DNA from: Candidatus Hadarchaeota archaeon
GTDB lineage: Archaea; Hadarchaeota; Hadarchaeia; Hadarchaeales; JAGGTB01
Assembly: GCA_964384105.1 (NCBI GenBank)
Contig: CAYLJV010000002.1
Coordinates: 128,001-192,000, forward strand
Reading direction: 5' to 3'
Length of the DNA stretch: 64,000 nt
In this document: piece after piece, positions 8,481 to 18,793 of the stretch
Numbering within the stretch: the first letter of the stretch is position 1
Layout of the letters: the number at the start of each line of letters is the position of its first letter
The notes under the pieces: model-generated
Database searches by the model: none
What the model was told of the DNA's origin: nothing
Seen by the model: only the letters and a program-made list of their open reading frames with translations
Made by a program: the position numbers and the translations under genes

Positions 8481-10391
8481 TTAGTGCAATCGAGTAGTCT
8501 CAAGATTCTTTGGCGAACTCGTTTTTATCTTAAATAGCTTGTGCAGAGACCTGCAGAGATCCACACACCTTCGTTTATCCCCATGGACACATAGTATACG
8601 TCTTGGTTTTGGAGAAGAGCTCCTGACAAAATCCACAAGTTGAGCCCTATCTGAATGGGCACTGAAACCTTCCACAGTCTCGATATCCATATTCACTTTT
8701 ACAACATCTTTCTTTCCATTATCATTTCTCATTGGCACCTCTCTCCAGCCCTTTTGTATTCTCCGACCCAAAGAGCCTTCACACTGATAACCAACAAATA
8801 CTAGCGAATTATCTGGATCAGGCGCCAATCTTCTAAAGTAATCTAGGACCGGTCCTCCAGCCATCATACCGGCAGTTGAAAGTATTACTGACGGACCACC
8901 ACTCATTACTTTCTCTCTTTTTTCGACACTTTTTACTTTCTCAAATATATCTGATAAGAAAGGATTCAGATCCTGATGGAGAATCTTATTTTGTAAATCT
9001 TTCGACAGATATTCCGGATAGGCCGTATGAATACTAGTAGCCTCCCAAATCATTCCATCGAGATAAACCGGCAAATCATCGAAGACTCCATTCCTATTGT
9101 AATCTTCTAGCAACAACATTATCTCTTGGGCCCGCCCAACAGCAAAGGCAGGAACCAGGACTTTACCCCCTCTTTTGATAGTCCTCTTAACAATATCCAA
9201 GAACTGTTTCTCCGAATCTTTTCGAGACGGTTGCATACTATCTGAACCACCGTAGGTGCTCTCCATTATCAGAGCCTCCAAACGAGGGTAATTGTGATTT
9301 GCAGGAGATAGTAGTCTAGACTTTTCGAATTTCAAATCGCCCGTATACACAATGTTGTAAAGACCCTCGCCGATGTGGAGATGCGCAAGAGCGGATCCTA
9401 AAATGTGACCTGAATTATGCAGAGTCAACCTGACATCCGGACAGATATCCGTAACATCCCCATAATCCAGCGGGATAGCGTGCTTCACGAATTCTTTGAC
9501 ATCTTTTTTGGTATAGGGTATATCCTTTCCCTCATTCCTCGCGATATCAACGTAATCAAACTGCAGTAAAACAGCTAGATCTCTGGTTGGAGTAGTACAG
9601 TAAACTGGACCATCGTAACCGTACCTGTAGAGATAGGGTATAAAACCGGAATGATCCAAGTGAGCGTGAGTTACAATAACCGCATCGAGTTCGTGTAATC
9701 TAACCTCAGGCGCATCTATATACGGGTAAGCATCACGGCCCTCAGCTGCCACATTTACTCCACAATCCAGAAGAATCTTGCTTTCAGGAGTTTGAAGTAG
9801 ATTAGCAGAACGACCTACTTCCCTTGAACCTCCCAAAGAAGTAAATCTTATCCAATCCTCCTCGCTTTTTGATTCTCTATGGATCCGCTCACCAATCCGC
9901 CTAAGTATCTCCTGCCTCTCCTTAGACTCCAAGATCATAGATCTTCTAATATCGTTCACTATCTCTGACTTGATCGGAGGCGCACGGACTACCCGAGGAG
10001 TCCAACGGACCTCTTTCAGGATCTTACGGAGTAGACTTCCGCCCTTACCAATAACAAGTCCCGGCTTCTCGGCCTCTATAATTACTTCACCGATAGTGGG
10101 AACAAAAATCAGATCTTCTATATTAGCCTCTTCCGGCACTAATTTTTTTATCTTCTTTTTAGCCTCCTCCGGTGGAAGCCTTATCGACGAAGCCGGACGG
10201 AGAGTGATACGTTTCTGGATCTTTTTAGCTAAATTTTTAACTAAACGTCCATCCTCAACTAGAGGCTTCAGATCATCGCAATAAATCACTACTTTTGGTC
10301 CTTCAAAGTCTACACTAGTAACTGATCCAGCAAATGGAGTGTCCTCTTTTATAACTTCTTTTATCTCTTCAATTACGTCTTCAGTCGACAT
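8481..10391 (-). CDS. KH-domain beta-CASP ribonuclease aCPSF1
   Basis: KH motif GLVIGKGG, HAHLDH, GHILG, FSAHSD; follows psmB. Confidence 0.96.
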   Translation of the reverse strand: MSTEDVIEEIKEVIKEDTPFAGSVTSVDFEGPKVVIYCDDLKPLVEDGRLVKNLAKKIQKRITLRPASSIRLPPEEAKKKIKKLVPEEANIEDLIFVPTIGEVIIEAEKPGLVIGKGGSLLRKILKEVRWTPRVVRAPPIKSEIVNDIRRSMILESKERQEILRRIGERIHRESKSEEDWIRFTSLGGSREVGRSANLLQTPESKILLDCGVNVAAEGRDAYPYIDAPEVRLHELDAVIVTHAHLDHSGFIPYLYRYGYDGPVYCTTPTRDLAVLLQFDYVDIARNEGKDIPYTKKDVKEFVKHAIPLDYGDVTDICPDVRLTLHNSGHILGSALAHLHIGEGLYNIVYTGDLKFEKSRLLSPANHNYPRLEALIMESTYGGSDSMQPSRKDSEKQFLDIVKRTIKRGGKVLVPAFAVGRAQEIMLLLEDYNRNGVFDDLPVYLDGMIWEATSIHTAYPEYLSKDLQNKILHQDLNPFLSDIFEKVKSVEKREKVMSGGPSVILSTAGMMAGGPVLDYFRRLAPDPDNSLVFVGYQCEGSLGRRIQKGWREVPMRNDNGKKDVVKVNMDIETVEGFSAHSDRAQLVDFVRSSSPKPRRILCVHGDKRRCVDLCRSLHKLFKIKTSSPKNLETTRLH

Positions 10392-10417
10392 GCGAAACAG
10401 CCTTTTGTGTTAATCAA

Positions 10418-11047
10418 TCAATTTTCGATTATTTCCTTAATCTCTTCAGGAGACAATTCTTGATAGCCATCCTCGGTGATTTTGGCTATTGTTATTCCAT
10501 TTCCAGTACCTATATCTCGTTCTATGGCAGACTGGAGAGCTTTTATCACCAATGGTACCGCCTCGTCCACGGTCATATTTTCCCTATACTCGGACTCTAA
10601 AAGTCCATAAGCCATAGGAGAACCTGAACCTGTGGATAACATAGTCTCTTCTATCAGGGACCCATCCATATTAAGCAGATAGAGATTTGGCCCCGTCTCG
10701 TCCATTCCCGCCATAATAAGCACAGCCAGATACGGAAAGATTCGCGAAGAAGAAAACATGTTCGAAGCTATCTTGGCGGCAGCTCTAACTCTAATCGGGT
10801 ATCCTTCTTTTCTAAGATAATATTTTGTCTCGGCCCTCAGCATTCTAACCAATTTTTGGGTATCGCCAACACTACCCGCTACAGTTACTCCTATCCGATC
10901 CGTGATCTTATACAATTTTTGAGCAGTTTTACTCGCAATCTCGTAACCTGCAGTTGCTCTTTTATCGGTACCTAAGACTACCCCATTCTTGCAAACCAAA
11001 CCAACAGTGGTAGTACCCTTAAGATACTCTATTTGTTCTTTCTCCAA
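10418..11047 (-). CDS. psmB: Proteasome beta subunit
   Basis: KG|TTTVG propeptide site, GSGS; TTG start placed after GAGGT SD. Confidence 0.96.
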   Translation of the reverse strand: MEKEQIEYLKGTTTVGLVCKNGVVLGTDKRATAGYEIASKTAQKLYKITDRIGVTVAGSVGDTQKLVRMLRAETKYYLRKEGYPIRVRAAAKIASNMFSSSRIFPYLAVLIMAGMDETGPNLYLLNMDGSLIEETMLSTGSGSPMAYGLLESEYRENMTVDEAVPLVIKALQSAIERDIGTGNGITIAKITEDGYQELSPEEIKEIIEN

Positions 11048-11212
11048 TGTAAAAACCTCAAGGCTAAAAATGTCCCAAAAGGACATTGGAAACTTCTTTT
11101 AAACTCCTATATAAAACTCTCGGAAGCTCGCAACTTAACCATTTCAACCAAGGTTTCTTATGGCCTACTAAGTTTTATGTCTAAACAGTTTAAAAATTGA
11201 AGCGGCCTTAAC

Positions 11213-12259
11213 ATGAAAAAAGCGAAAAGAATGGAACTCCCCCGAGAGGTGTGGATGGGTCCAAGAGTTATAGAAAAAGTGTCCAAGACCTGTAAAAGCC
11301 TTTCTTTGGGAAAAAAAGCACACATAGTCTCAGGTAAAAAGACCTACCAGATAGCCGGAAAAAAGATAGAGGAATTTTTATCTGAATCCGACTTCAAAAT
11401 AGGGCACTCAATCATAAAGGACGCAGATATGGAAACGATGAAGAAACTGAAAGAAGAAATAGGGGACAGTTCCGACTTTTTATTGGGAGTTGGGGGTGGA
11501 ACTTGTATAGACGCCGCTAAATTTGTCTCCTTTAAGCTAAAAATACCTTTTATAAGCGTCCCAACAGCAGCAGCACACGACGGCATATCCTCCTCCCGAG
11601 CATCAATAAAAGGAGAGAAAAAATCTACTTCTATTCAGGCTCAGGCTCCAATAGCTATCCTCGCGGACACCCTTGTGATAAGAGATTCCCCATACAAACT
11701 GACCGCCGCGGGTTGTGGAGACATGATCGCAAATTACACGGCCGTCTTAGATTGGAAACTTGCCCATAAGGAGAAAGGAGAGCCCATAAGCGAGTATGCG
11801 GCAGCACTTTCCAAAATGAGTGCAAAACTCATAGTAAAAAATGCCAGTGAAATAATGGAAGGAAACGAGGAAAGCTCTCGAAAGATAGTAAAAGCCCTGA
11901 TCAGTAGCGGGGTTGCCATGAGCATAGCCGGAAGCAGTAGACCTGCTAGCGGTTCGGAACACCTGTTCAGCCACGCACTTGATCAACTGGCACCACAATC
12001 TGCGCTACACGGGGAACAATGCGGAGTCGGATCGATAATGGCGATGTATTTGCACGGAAAGGACTGGAAATCTGTGAAAAAAGCCCTAAAAAATGTAGGC
12101 GCTCCCACAAATTCACGAGAACTAGGTATAGAACCTAAATACATAATCGAATCCTTAGAAACGGCCCATGAAATCCGGCCAGATAGATACACGATATTGG
12201 GAGACGGGATAGGAAGAAAAAAAGCGGAAAAAGTAGCCAGAGAAACTGAAGTTATCTAA
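11213..12259 (+). CDS. egsA: sn-glycerol-1-phosphate dehydrogenase
   Basis: GGGTCID, PTAAAHDG, SRPASGSEHLFSHALD, HGEQ motifs. Confidence 0.95.
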   Translation: MKKAKRMELPREVWMGPRVIEKVSKTCKSLSLGKKAHIVSGKKTYQIAGKKIEEFLSESDFKIGHSIIKDADMETMKKLKEEIGDSSDFLLGVGGGTCIDAAKFVSFKLKIPFISVPTAAAHDGISSSRASIKGEKKSTSIQAQAPIAILADTLVIRDSPYKLTAAGCGDMIANYTAVLDWKLAHKEKGEPISEYAAALSKMSAKLIVKNASEIMEGNEESSRKIVKALISSGVAMSIAGSSRPASGSEHLFSHALDQLAPQSALHGEQCGVGSIMAMYLHGKDWKSVKKALKNVGAPTNSRELGIEPKYIIESLETAHEIRPDRYTILGDGIGRKKAEKVARETEVI

Positions 12260-12272
12260 ATCTTTCTCAACC

Positions 12273-12935
12273 CTATTCATCCCTTACATCCAAAAGGTTA
12301 ATCTCGAACTCGTTATTTTCATAGATAAATTCTGCAGCATAACCTTCGCTGATAGGACCCGCGTTCACAACAGTAGTTCGACCAAAATTTTCTATTCCTC
12401 TGGCCTCATGAATATGTGCACAGAAATTTATGAGGGGTTTTCTCTCAGAGACGATTCTCCAGACACTTTTGCTTCCAGCATGGATATTATCAGAGGTCAA
12501 ATCTGATTGGGTTCCATAAGGGGGAACATGTGTCACCAGAATCCATCCGCCCTCAACTTGTCCCGTTAAAGAGTCTAACTCGTTCCAGATCTCTGATTCG
12601 GTGAGCTCAAAAGGAGTGCTAAATGGAGTTTTGTTCGATCCACCAAGTCCAACGAAAGTTAGACCGTTAAAATTTCTTATTTTGGAATGAAGATTAATAT
12701 CACGACTTTCTAAAACCTCTACAATTCCTTTAGGATCACAGTTTCCGGGAATAGAAAAAATAGGTACGTTGGCCTTATCAATTCTATTAAACAGTTCATC
12801 AGCTTGGCAAGGAGCTCCAAGCTGGGTAAGATCACCAAGAATAACCAAAAGATCGTATCCGTTTTCTAGAAAATTTTCTAGGTTACTGCCAGAACAGGAC
12901 TTTCCATGAAAATCGGAAGCAACTAAAACTCTCAA
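12273..12935 (-). CDS. Calcineurin-like metallophosphoesterase
   Basis: SDFHG, GDLT, GNCD, THVPP, HIHE motifs. Confidence 0.9.
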   Translation of the reverse strand: MRVLVASDFHGKSCSGSNLENFLENGYDLLVILGDLTQLGAPCQADELFNRIDKANVPIFSIPGNCDPKGIVEVLESRDINLHSKIRNFNGLTFVGLGGSNKTPFSTPFELTESEIWNELDSLTGQVEGGWILVTHVPPYGTQSDLTSDNIHAGSKSVWRIVSERKPLINFCAHIHEARGIENFGRTTVVNAGPISEGYAAEFIYENNEFEINLLDVRDE

Positions 12936-12994
12936 GCTCTCCCCTTGTTTGATAGATATTATTAATAATTAAAGATAAGGTAAACCGCAAAAAA

Positions 12995-13876
12995 TTAACA
13001 CGAACGTATTACAAGCTCCCCCCTGTCCACGTCAAAACTTTTTGCAACTGGATTGCACTTAGCCCTCAAAATGTAAACGAGCCTGTTCTCAAACTCTTTT
13101 TCAAACTCGGAAATCGTTTCAAAATTACCCATTCCCTTACTTATAATTAAATCCGCTTTCTCTAATTGCTCCCTAAACTTCGGCGAAATATCCTCAAGAA
13201 AAAGTCCCACTTTACCTCCCGTCGCAAAAACCTCCCCAAATCTCTCGATACCTATCTCAGAAGCTACCTCTAAAGTTACGTCTTCCTGAACTGGTTTAGA
13301 CTTCACACCAATTGACAGCCCTATTTCCAGATCTCTGATCTCCTCCATGAGTATCTGATCTAAAATTATTTCACCACAATTATCAGCTAGATAAACAATC
13401 TCGTCACTCGATAGGATTTTCGAAGCTATCTTTGATGAATCATCTATCCCCAACCTTCCATTGACAAGCCTTTTGAACTCGGAATAGAACTCATCCGGGT
13501 CAAAATCGTAACCTGAAACTCCAAACTCCATAGAATTCGCAGCAGCAGCCACCTTCAACGACATTTCAAGTCTCTTCTTCTTTTTATCTAAATCTTTCAA
13601 CAAACCCTCGGCAGGAGATTTTAGCTTGGAAGCAGTTTTATTAGACGTTTTCTTTAGTTCCTCGTAAGGATCAAAATTCGAAGTAACCTCTCTCATTATA
13701 TTGCTTCTTTCAGAACCGTAAAAAGGGGGAGTTTTTCTTCCTTTTAGATTGGAATATAAAAACTCTAAAAATTTACCAATTGCCTTGAACTGTAATTCCT
13801 CGTCATCTGTAGAAATTTCAGCCTGTCTAACAGCAGTTTCTATAAGACACGGGATACATTCACGTTGAAGTTTCAT
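12995..13876 (-). CDS. DUF89/ARMT1-like damage-control phosphatase
   Basis: CIPC, DPYEELK, DNCGE, KGMGNFE, AKC motifs. Confidence 0.9.
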   Translation of the reverse strand: MKLQRECIPCLIETAVRQAEISTDDEELQFKAIGKFLEFLYSNLKGRKTPPFYGSERSNIMREVTSNFDPYEELKKTSNKTASKLKSPAEGLLKDLDKKKKRLEMSLKVAAAANSMEFGVSGYDFDPDEFYSEFKRLVNGRLGIDDSSKIASKILSSDEIVYLADNCGEIILDQILMEEIRDLEIGLSIGVKSKPVQEDVTLEVASEIGIERFGEVFATGGKVGLFLEDISPKFREQLEKADLIISKGMGNFETISEFEKEFENRLVYILRAKCNPVAKSFDVDRGELVIRSC

Positions 13877-13886
13877 AGGTATTACC

Positions 13887-14423
13887 TCATGGGAAGACTA
13901 ACCTAATTTTCTCTCTTTCGAGTCTCTCATGCAATTTTGGATTATCCCTAGCTAATTCCCCATACTCTAATGGGCTCAATATTCTTGCCTCAATATCTCT
14001 CCCAATTTTCGAAGAAACATCATTTAAAACTTTTTTAATTCTCTTCGAGTCTCCTCTCTTCAATATTAGTAGTTCTATCGAACTATCCGGAGCATAAGTC
14101 CCCTTGGCAGCAGATCCGATTAGATAAACAGATTTAATGTCATTCACGCCCTCGAAAGCCGAGATAAGCTCAGATATTGTTAAAAGAACCCTTAACTGCC
14201 TAACTAGTGGGTTTCCCAACCTAATTTTGTAAAATTTTTTTCTACCATCGGTTTTTTCTGATAGTATTCCATTATTAGTCAGATTTTTCAACCACTTTAT
14301 CGTAGTGGCTTTAGAAAGATTGAGTTTATTACCGATCTCTTTGGAATAAAACTCCTTATCCGGATTCTTGCAGAAAAGCTCGAGCATATCAACAGAAGCC
14401 TGAGAGCCCAAAAAATCTAACAT
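13887..14423 (-). CDS. wHTH + minimal nucleotidyltransferase-like protein (degenerate active site)
   Basis: N-terminal HTH (EIGNKLNLSKATTIKWL); C-terminal GSAAKG...DSSIEL resembles the MNT GS..RG...SDID motif. Confidence 0.75.
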   Translation of the reverse strand: MLDFLGSQASVDMLELFCKNPDKEFYSKEIGNKLNLSKATTIKWLKNLTNNGILSEKTDGRKKFYKIRLGNPLVRQLRVLLTISELISAFEGVNDIKSVYLIGSAAKGTYAPDSSIELLILKRGDSKRIKKVLNDVSSKIGRDIEARILSPLEYGELARDNPKLHERLEREKIRLVFP

Positions 14424-14489
14424 ACTATCCCGATTAAGGTCTAAAATATTAAACCTATAACTATTTCCCTCTTTGCCAAAAATAATGTA

Positions 14490-15539
14490 CTACTCGAAAA
14501 CCACCGGAGTCTTGTTCTTGTACTCAGCTACGGTAAGAACCCTTGTATCACTCTTATCCGCAGTTTTCCAAACTTTTTCGGTTCTCTCTCGGAAATTTTT
14601 CTCTCGAGTAAGGTGGTGATCATATAGAATTAGCTTAGAACTAGTCTCCTCTATTATTCTGGATATGTTCTCGACAGCTCTATCGAGATTGGTCTGATTA
14701 AGCATATAACCTAAAAGATAAGTAGCCGGTCCATCCAGGTAAAGAAAATCCGGATCTTGATCTATAATCCAATCAGCATAGTCCTCAACAGTAGGGCCCT
14801 GTAAATCAGATGAATGAACAAAACTCTTGTTCCCCCTTTGAACCACTGTTGAAAAAACCCAACCAGTCTTAGAAAGCTCTATCCCGTGAAAGATAGAATG
14901 TGTAAATTTTAGAGTCGTAGAACCGAACTCTATCTCTTTCCCTTCTGGAAACTCAACTTTTATGTTATCAAAGTCCAACTCTGGAATTTTTTCGTATGAA
15001 TTCCAATTTTTGGTCCTTTTCCAATACAGATCTAACCATTTCTGGATCAACTCATCTCTTCTCGAATTGTATTCCTCAAAGTCCATATCTCTAGCATGAG
15101 GAATCTCATCCAACGGATCCCCATAATCTTTTTCCGAACGCTCCTCCATCAAATCCTCGAGCCTAACTCCACCAAAATTCTGACAAATATTATCGAAGAA
15201 CTTAGATGCCCTCTCTCGCTGAGAATTGTTAATGAATTCATTGGGATTTTTAACCAGAAGCAACTTTCCACTGTAAAGATCCTCATCGAAATCGGTAAAA
15301 TGATCGTAGTGATAATGGGAAATTACCATCACATCGGCTCTTCTACTGGCCTCTTTGATAGAAAGCCACGAACGGGACTTCCAGTAGGATTTTTTAACAT
15401 CGGAAGCAGGAAAACTAGGCTGCATCACAGCAACTCCTGGGTCTATAAGCACGTTAACTTCGGGAGTTTCAACGAGAGTACAAGTCGTCTTCGCACCAAG
15501 AGAATCTGCCCAAAGAGGGTTGAAAGAGATATCGTTCAT
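14490..15539 (-). CDS. Metallo-beta-lactamase-fold hydrolase (UPF0282-like)
   Basis: DSLGAK, IDPG, SHYHYDH, SDLQGP, DHHLTR motifs. Confidence 0.82.
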   Translation of the reverse strand: MNDISFNPLWADSLGAKTTCTLVETPEVNVLIDPGVAVMQPSFPASDVKKSYWKSRSWLSIKEASRRADVMVISHYHYDHFTDFDEDLYSGKLLLVKNPNEFINNSQRERASKFFDNICQNFGGVRLEDLMEERSEKDYGDPLDEIPHARDMDFEEYNSRRDELIQKWLDLYWKRTKNWNSYEKIPELDFDNIKVEFPEGKEIEFGSTTLKFTHSIFHGIELSKTGWVFSTVVQRGNKSFVHSSDLQGPTVEDYADWIIDQDPDFLYLDGPATYLLGYMLNQTNLDRAVENISRIIEETSSKLILYDHHLTREKNFRERTEKVWKTADKSDTRVLTVAEYKNKTPVVFE

Positions 15540-15619
15540 ACTGACTTATTATTAAAGTATCATTCAAAATAGAATTTAGGTATATTAATCTCTTTTAGAC
15601 CGAACTTTAGAGAGTATAT

Positions 15620-16540
15620 TTAGAGATAATCCAACCAGAACTCGTATTCAGACCTCTTACCTTTCACAGTATCAAAGAATATCGACTGCAGTTTTTCGGT
15701 AATTTCCCCTCTCTTACCACTGCCGATCTCATGTCCATCGATTTCTCTTATCGGGGTCACTTCAGCCGCAGTTCCTGTGAAAAATGCCTCATCTGCAGAC
15801 AAAAGTCGTTCTTCTGTAAAGTCTTCCTCTATCACCGAAATACCCAGATCAGACGCTATTTTTATAATGGAATCTCTGGTTATGCCTTCTAGAACACCTG
15901 ATGACAGAGGTGGAGTTATTATCTCACCATCTTCAACTATGAAAAGATTCTCTCCTGGACCCTCCGTTATATTACCCTCTAAATTCTTCAAAATCGCCTC
16001 ATCGAAGTCTCTTCCCAAAGCATCGAGCTTCGCTAATATTGAATTTGCATAATTAGCCACGGTCTTCGAGTGAGGTGGCAATATCCTTGAACTGATCTTT
16101 CGCCATTGTGTAATAGTGGCTTTTATACCATTTTTTAGTCCCTCTTCTCCAAGATACGAACCCCAAGGCCAAACGGCTATTGCAACCTCTACAGGCGCAC
16201 CTTGGGGATTCAGACCCATCTTCCCATAGCCGTAATACCCAAGTGGCCTTATATAGCACTCCTCAAGGTCATTTTTCGTAACGGTAAGCCTCACAGCGTC
16301 GATGAGTTCACTCACAGAATATGGTAAATTCATCTTCACGATATTGGAGGATTTTTCAAATCTCTTCATGTGGTCCTCCAAGCGGAATATCGCTGGGCCG
16401 CTATCAGTTTTGTAGCACCTGATACCCTCAAAGATTCCAAGTCCATAATGAAGAGTATGAGTAAGGATGTGCACCTTTGCCTCATCCCAGGGAACCAGCT
16501 CCCCGCTCATCCAAATATAATCTGTAGGAATCAATGACAT
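15620..16540 (-). CDS. ilvE: Branched-chain amino acid aminotransferase
   Basis: LHYGLGIFEG, YIRP, EGPGEN, LEGITR, GTAAEV. Confidence 0.95.
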   Translation of the reverse strand: MSLIPTDYIWMSGELVPWDEAKVHILTHTLHYGLGIFEGIRCYKTDSGPAIFRLEDHMKRFEKSSNIVKMNLPYSVSELIDAVRLTVTKNDLEECYIRPLGYYGYGKMGLNPQGAPVEVAIAVWPWGSYLGEEGLKNGIKATITQWRKISSRILPPHSKTVANYANSILAKLDALGRDFDEAILKNLEGNITEGPGENLFIVEDGEIITPPLSSGVLEGITRDSIIKIASDLGISVIEEDFTEERLLSADEAFFTGTAAEVTPIREIDGHEIGSGKRGEITEKLQSIFFDTVKGKRSEYEFWLDYL

Positions 16541-16630
16541 AAGCTCACGACGTATATAACTACTGGGCATTAATATTAACTCTTACTAAGAAATAACCTC
16601 TACAAATCATCGAAGCCCAGCAACATGACA

Positions 16631-16855
16631 TTAATTGTCCTTCAGATAGTCTCTGACTACCTTCAGAGCACATAATTCAGAACACATGCTGCAAGTTTCG
16701 GGATCAAGCACCGATGGCTTCTTCTCTCTGAAACGTCTGGCTCTTTCAGGGTCCAGGGAAAGTTCAAATTGTCTTTCCCAATCTAAATATTTCTTAGAAT
16801 AGACTTCCTTCATTTCCTGAGTGGCTTTACCTTTCCTAGCTTCTTCTAATTGCAT
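16631..16855 (-). pseudogene. thiC: Internally deleted ThiC-family gene (N-terminal ~18 aa fused to C-terminal ~55 aa)
   Basis: MQLEEARKGKATQEMKEV matches the ThiC start; LDWERQFELSLDPERA...CSMCSELCALK matches the ThiC end with CX2CX4C. Confidence 0.82.
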
Positions 16856-16920
16856 TTAATCTCTTACCACTGATTCTACAACAAACTAAATAACTTTGGG
16901 TATAAGAAACATTCACTACA

Positions 16921-17742
16921 ATGCCACCAATCGGAATAATAACCGACTTCGGAGAGAAGGACTATTTTGTTGGATCCATGAAAGGAGTAATACTTTCGAT
17001 AAATCCGAAAGCTCAAATAATCGATATAACCCACGAAATATCGAAACACGATATTCGCTCTGCCAGCTTCATACTCGCAAACGCAGCTAAGACATTTCCC
17101 AAAGGGACAGTATTTCTTGTTGTGATAGATCCTGGGGTCGGAACAAAAAGAAAATGTATATCTCTAAAGACGAAGAACGGACTGACATTCGTTGGACCAG
17201 ATAACGGAGTATTTACTCAAGTTTCAGAAGATTTTGGAATACAGGAAATTCGCGAGGTTTCGAATAAAAACTTGATGAGATCAACTATCTCAAACACTTT
17301 TCATGGAAGGGATGTGATGGCTCCAGTGGCTGCTCACCTTAGTTTAGGTATTGAAAATTCTAAAATCGGACCAGAATTAGAAGAAATAAAATTATTGGAA
17401 ATAGAAAAGCCAGAAATATCCAAGGGCGAAATAAAAGGTGAGATTCTGCACATAGATGACTTCGGAAATGTGGTCACGAACATAAAACAAGAACTGGTGA
17501 AAAAGATCGCAAAAACAGGGGGTAAATTAGAAATAAGAATAAACAAGGAAAGATTGGAAGCTCCCTTTGTAGATGATTTTTCCAGAGTTCCTAAAGGAAA
17601 CGTTCTCTGCTATATTGGAAGCGCAGGTGTCCTCGAAATAGCCAAAAATCAGGGAAATCTCGCAGACGATTTAAAAGTAGAAAGAAATAGCAAGGTCCAT
17701 ATAAAAACAATAACACAACAGTCACAGAACTCAGACTTTTAG
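16921..17742 (+). CDS. SAM hydroxide adenosyltransferase / chlorinase-fluorinase family (DUF62)
   Basis: TDFG, VIDPGVG, GPDNG, TFHGRD, DDFGN motifs. Confidence 0.92.
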   Translation: MPPIGIITDFGEKDYFVGSMKGVILSINPKAQIIDITHEISKHDIRSASFILANAAKTFPKGTVFLVVIDPGVGTKRKCISLKTKNGLTFVGPDNGVFTQVSEDFGIQEIREVSNKNLMRSTISNTFHGRDVMAPVAAHLSLGIENSKIGPELEEIKLLEIEKPEISKGEIKGEILHIDDFGNVVTNIKQELVKKIAKTGGKLEIRINKERLEAPFVDDFSRVPKGNVLCYIGSAGVLEIAKNQGNLADDLKVERNSKVHIKTITQQSQNSDF

Positions 17743-17800
17743 TCTATTTAAAAAAGTTAAAAAGTAGCCAGCCGAGTTTTTTAAAGAGGAAGGGAAAAAT

Positions 17801-18784
17801 TTGCCAAAAAAAGGCCTGATAATCGGAAGATTTCAGCCATTACATAAAGGACACTTCTCCGTTTTTAAGCAAATGAACAAAGAATGTGATTTAATAATAA
17901 TCGGAGTCGGAAGCGCTCAGATTGAGAGAGAAAAAAGCAATCCATTATCTGGAGGAGAACGAATAACAATGATAAAAAAAGTCCTCGATAACCGAAAGAT
18001 AGGGCCATACGAAATCTACCCCATTCCAGACATAAACTGCTATCCAGCTTGGCCATACTATGTCAAAACGATATTACCCGAATTTGATTACCTGTATGCT
18101 CATTCCGAAACCGTACTTAGACTGTTCGAAGGAACAAGAACAAAAATAAGAAAAGTGCCATCCTTTAATAAGAGTGAATGGTCAGCTACTATAGTAAGAA
18201 GAAGGATTCGCGAAGGCAAAGAATGGAAACACTTAGTTCCAAAAGAAGTTGCAGAATTTTTAGAGGAGATAGATATGAAGGAAAGATTAAAACCGGTTTT
18301 AGAGACTAAGTCCGAAACTGAAAAGAAAATTGCTCATTTATTAACCAAGAAAAAATTGAAGATAGCAACTGCGGAATCATGCACTGGGGGATTGGTTTCA
18401 AATCGTCTCACTAATATTCCAGGCTCCTCCACTTACTTTGAAAGAGGACTAGTAACCTACAGTAATAAAGCAAAGATAGACCTTCTCGGAGTGGATGAGG
18501 AGGTACTAAAAAAAGAGGGTGCCGTAAGCAAAGAGGTAGCCAAGCAGATGGCAGAAGGATTAAGAAAAAGAGCTAAGGTGGATAATATAGGACTAGCAAC
18601 TACGGGTATTATGGGACCTGGCGGAGGTACAAAGGGAAAACCAGTAGGAACTGTTTACATGGGACTCGCACATTCCGAAGGAACTGAAATCCAGCACTTT
18701 CAGTTTTCCGGAAACAGACCGGAAGTAAAAAACCAGACCTCAGAGAAAGCTTTACAATTTGTTATAGACTTCCTCGAGAAATAA
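17801..18784 (+). CDS. Fusion of NMN adenylyltransferase (NadM) and NMN deamidase (PncC/CinA C-domain)
   Basis: GRFQPLHKGH, NPLSGGER, SATIVR in N-half; AESCTGG, YSNKAK, GAVS, KPVGTVY in C-half. Confidence 0.9.
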   Translation: MPKKGLIIGRFQPLHKGHFSVFKQMNKECDLIIIGVGSAQIEREKSNPLSGGERITMIKKVLDNRKIGPYEIYPIPDINCYPAWPYYVKTILPEFDYLYAHSETVLRLFEGTRTKIRKVPSFNKSEWSATIVRRRIREGKEWKHLVPKEVAEFLEEIDMKERLKPVLETKSETEKKIAHLLTKKKLKIATAESCTGGLVSNRLTNIPGSSTYFERGLVTYSNKAKIDLLGVDEEVLKKEGAVSKEVAKQMAEGLRKRAKVDNIGLATTGIMGPGGGTKGKPVGTVYMGLAHSEGTEIQHFQFSGNRPEVKNQTSEKALQFVIDFLEK

Positions 18785-18793
18785 AACTCATAA

